A stretch of 25,379 nt of DNA. Origin: a virus. Its lineage: Duplodnaviria; Caudoviricetes. The notes beneath the pieces are model-generated. The model did not search any database, was not told the DNA's origin, and saw nothing but the letters and a program-made list of their open reading frames with translations. Location of the stretch: positions 1-25,379 of IMG/VR virus record IMGVR_UViG_3300049050_000056; one strand, given 5' to 3'. Of this stretch, positions 23,865 to 25,379 are shown piece after piece. The position numbers and the translations under genes were made by a program. Every line of letters begins with the position of its first letter. The stretch's first letter is position 1.

Positions 23865-23953
23865 TGGTTAATTTTGTTGATATGCAAGTTGACTATATCT
23901 GTCATATGGGTTCAGATATTAATGTGGTAAATGCTGCTCGGAGCAATAAATGA
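23864..23953 (+). pseudogene. stub of the original thyX 5' end (MVNFVDMQVDYICHMGSDINVVNAARSNK)
   Basis: HMGSDINVVNAAR is identical to ThyX residues 16-28; GGAGG RBS; TAATG/ATGA overlaps on either side. Confidence 0.92.
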
Positions 23954-24558
23954 CAAAGACTCAACAGAGAATTCTTGAAGCACTTGATAGAGGGTATTAT
24001 GTAACCGAAGACGGAAGACTGTTCGGCCCGAGAGGACAACTTAGTGTTTCACTTAGTCAAAAACAACGCTACCCAACCTTCAGTACAAACTGGGGTTATG
24101 TATATGGTGTCCCGGTTCATCAGTTTGCGGCCTATGTGTTCTACGGTAAAGATGCATTCAGTGCTGATCTGGTTGTCCGCCACCTTGACGGAAACACTCT
24201 GAATTTCTCAAAAGAGAATATTGTACTAGGAACTCATTCTGACAATAACTTAGATAAATCTTCGGAAATCAGAAGTAATGCAGCGAAAGTGGCCAGAGCA
24301 AGCCAGGGTTATACCCCAGCAAATGCGAAACTTACTAGAGATCAAGTAGAAGAAGTCCGGGAATTTTACAAACTATTGGACGGGAAGAAGGCTGGCAATG
24401 GTAAGGTGAAATCTCTGTGCGAGAAACTAGGTGTTTCCAGAACAGTTTTAATTAAAATCAAAAACGGAGAATATTATGCAGAAACCTAAATTTACCGAAA
24501 TGCTGGTCCAATACGTAGACCATATGGGGAGTGATATTAATGTTGTGAACGCTGCTCG
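23941..24558 (+). mobile_element. putative homing cassette: HNH gene plus new RBS and re-coded thyX 5' end
   Basis: Bounded by GCTGCTCG copies (23933-23940, 24551-24558); removal gives one continuous thyX frame. Confidence 0.78.
23950..24489 (+). CDS. HNH homing endonuclease with C-terminal helix-turn-helix
   Basis: VHQFAAYVF, VVRHLDGNTLN..KENI..GTHSDN, NAKLT..QV, KLGVSRT. Confidence 0.88.
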   Translation: MTKTQQRILEALDRGYYVTEDGRLFGPRGQLSVSLSQKQRYPTFSTNWGYVYGVPVHQFAAYVFYGKDAFSADLVVRHLDGNTLNFSKENIVLGTHSDNNLDKSSEIRSNAAKVARASQGYTPANAKLTRDQVEEVREFYKLLDGKKAGNGKVKSLCEKLGVSRTVLIKIKNGEYYAET

Positions 24559-25159
24559 CTGTTCATTTGCAAAAGAAACTAAAGAATTTGATCTGGAAAA
24601 AGATACTAAATTAATTAATTACCTTGCCAAATACAATCATTGGAGCCCTCTGGCCCACACGTCAATTAGTATTCGTGTAAAAGCTCCAATTTTTATGGCC
24701 CGGCAATTTGTTAAACATCAAATTGGTCTTGTGTGGAATGAGGAGAGCCGGCGCTATATTGATGACACTCCTGAGTTTTATAAGCCTCATGTTTGGCGAA
24801 AACGTCCTGAAAATGCAAAACAGGGTAGCGGTGGAACTTTGGAGCAATATGAATCTCTTTGGGATTTTGAGAATATTGATGAAGACTATGCTGCTCACAT
24901 TGAAGAATCTTTAAGCTTTTATGAGCATATGCTTGAACAGGGGGTTGCTCCAGAAATGGCACGAAGTGTTCTTCCTCAATCGACAATGACTAATTGGATT
25001 TGGACCGGTTCTCTTGTAGCATTTGCCCGTGTTTGTAAACTGCGACTGGATGGTCATGCTCAGAAAGAGGCTCAAGAGCTTGCACAAAAAATCAACGATG
25101 TTGTATCTCCTCTTTATCCTGTGAGTTGGAATGCACTAATGGAGTATATGAAAGTATGA
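24476..25159 (+). CDS. thyX: flavin-dependent thymidylate synthase
   Basis: HMGSD..VVNAAR.SF, HWSP, ARQFVKH, WNEESRRY, GVAPEMARSVLPQ, HAQKE; GGAG RBS. Confidence 0.95.
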   Translation: MQKPKFTEMLVQYVDHMGSDINVVNAARCSFAKETKEFDLEKDTKLINYLAKYNHWSPLAHTSISIRVKAPIFMARQFVKHQIGLVWNEESRRYIDDTPEFYKPHVWRKRPENAKQGSGGTLEQYESLWDFENIDEDYAAHIEESLSFYEHMLEQGVAPEMARSVLPQSTMTNWIWTGSLVAFARVCKLRLDGHAQKEAQELAQKINDVVSPLYPVSWNALMEYMKV

Positions 25160-25371
25160 GCAATGAAGTATTTCCCTTTAAAGAACGAGAAGATTACGCC
25201 CTTTCAGCATGGATCAATGACATTCTGAATATTATTAAACGCCGGGCTTGGCTTGCAAAGAAAGAAGATAGCTTTCTTGTTTTTATGGAAAATAGTGCAG
25301 AGTTTATTGAAGATTACTGCGATGGACTATCTCCTATGGAGAGTTATTTAGAATTTGAAGGAGAAGAGTAA
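25156..25371 (+). CDS. hypothetical protein (start revised to ATG 25156)
   Basis: ATGA overlap with the thyX stop. Confidence 0.68.
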   Translation: MSNEVFPFKEREDYALSAWINDILNIIKRRAWLAKKEDSFLVFMENSAEFIEDYCDGLSPMESYLEFEGEE

Positions 25372-25379
25372 ATATGACA

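Noticed and set aside
324-24986. Many antisense or nested ORFs in the track (e.g. 324-581, 5029-5283, 13043-13576, 20788-21102, 24711-24986)
   Set aside because: They overlap well-supported genes on the other strand or frame, lack RBSs and have the F/I/L/S-rich make-up of shadow ORFs
1-25379. CRISPR array, rRNA, IS/transposase, reverse transcriptase or integrase
   Set aside because: No regularly spaced repeats or matching protein motifs seen by eye

Overview
AT-rich (roughly one-third G+C) segment of a tailed dsDNA phage genome; the host cannot be determined from the sequence. A minus-strand block of small genes (1-3706) and a plus-strand replication/nucleotide-metabolism block (4239-end) diverge from a region with sigma70-type promoters. 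The plus block encodes a nucleotidyltransferase, primase-helicase, family-B-type DNA polymerase, SSB, 5'-3' exonuclease, HNH nuclease, metallophosphoesterase, DUF3310 protein, HAD nucleotidase, MazG-like protein, glutaredoxin and ThyX. Main finding: five free-standing endonuclease genes of different families sit inside or against host genes with no intron or intein, yet intact reading frames are preserved. Two carry a re-coded duplicate 5' end of the target (exonuclease, thyX) and leave the original N-terminus as an upstream stub. One sits behind a complete deaminase and leaves a second deaminase 3' end orphaned downstream. One splits the DNA polymerase into two separately initiated ORFs at the palm/thumb junction. 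The fifth follows an unexplained 18-codon stub. Second finding: a ~260-nt GC-enriched segment (3852-4116), tiled with hairpins and with its own promoter, looks like an undescribed structured phage RNA. All family calls are from motif recognition by eye, not database searches.
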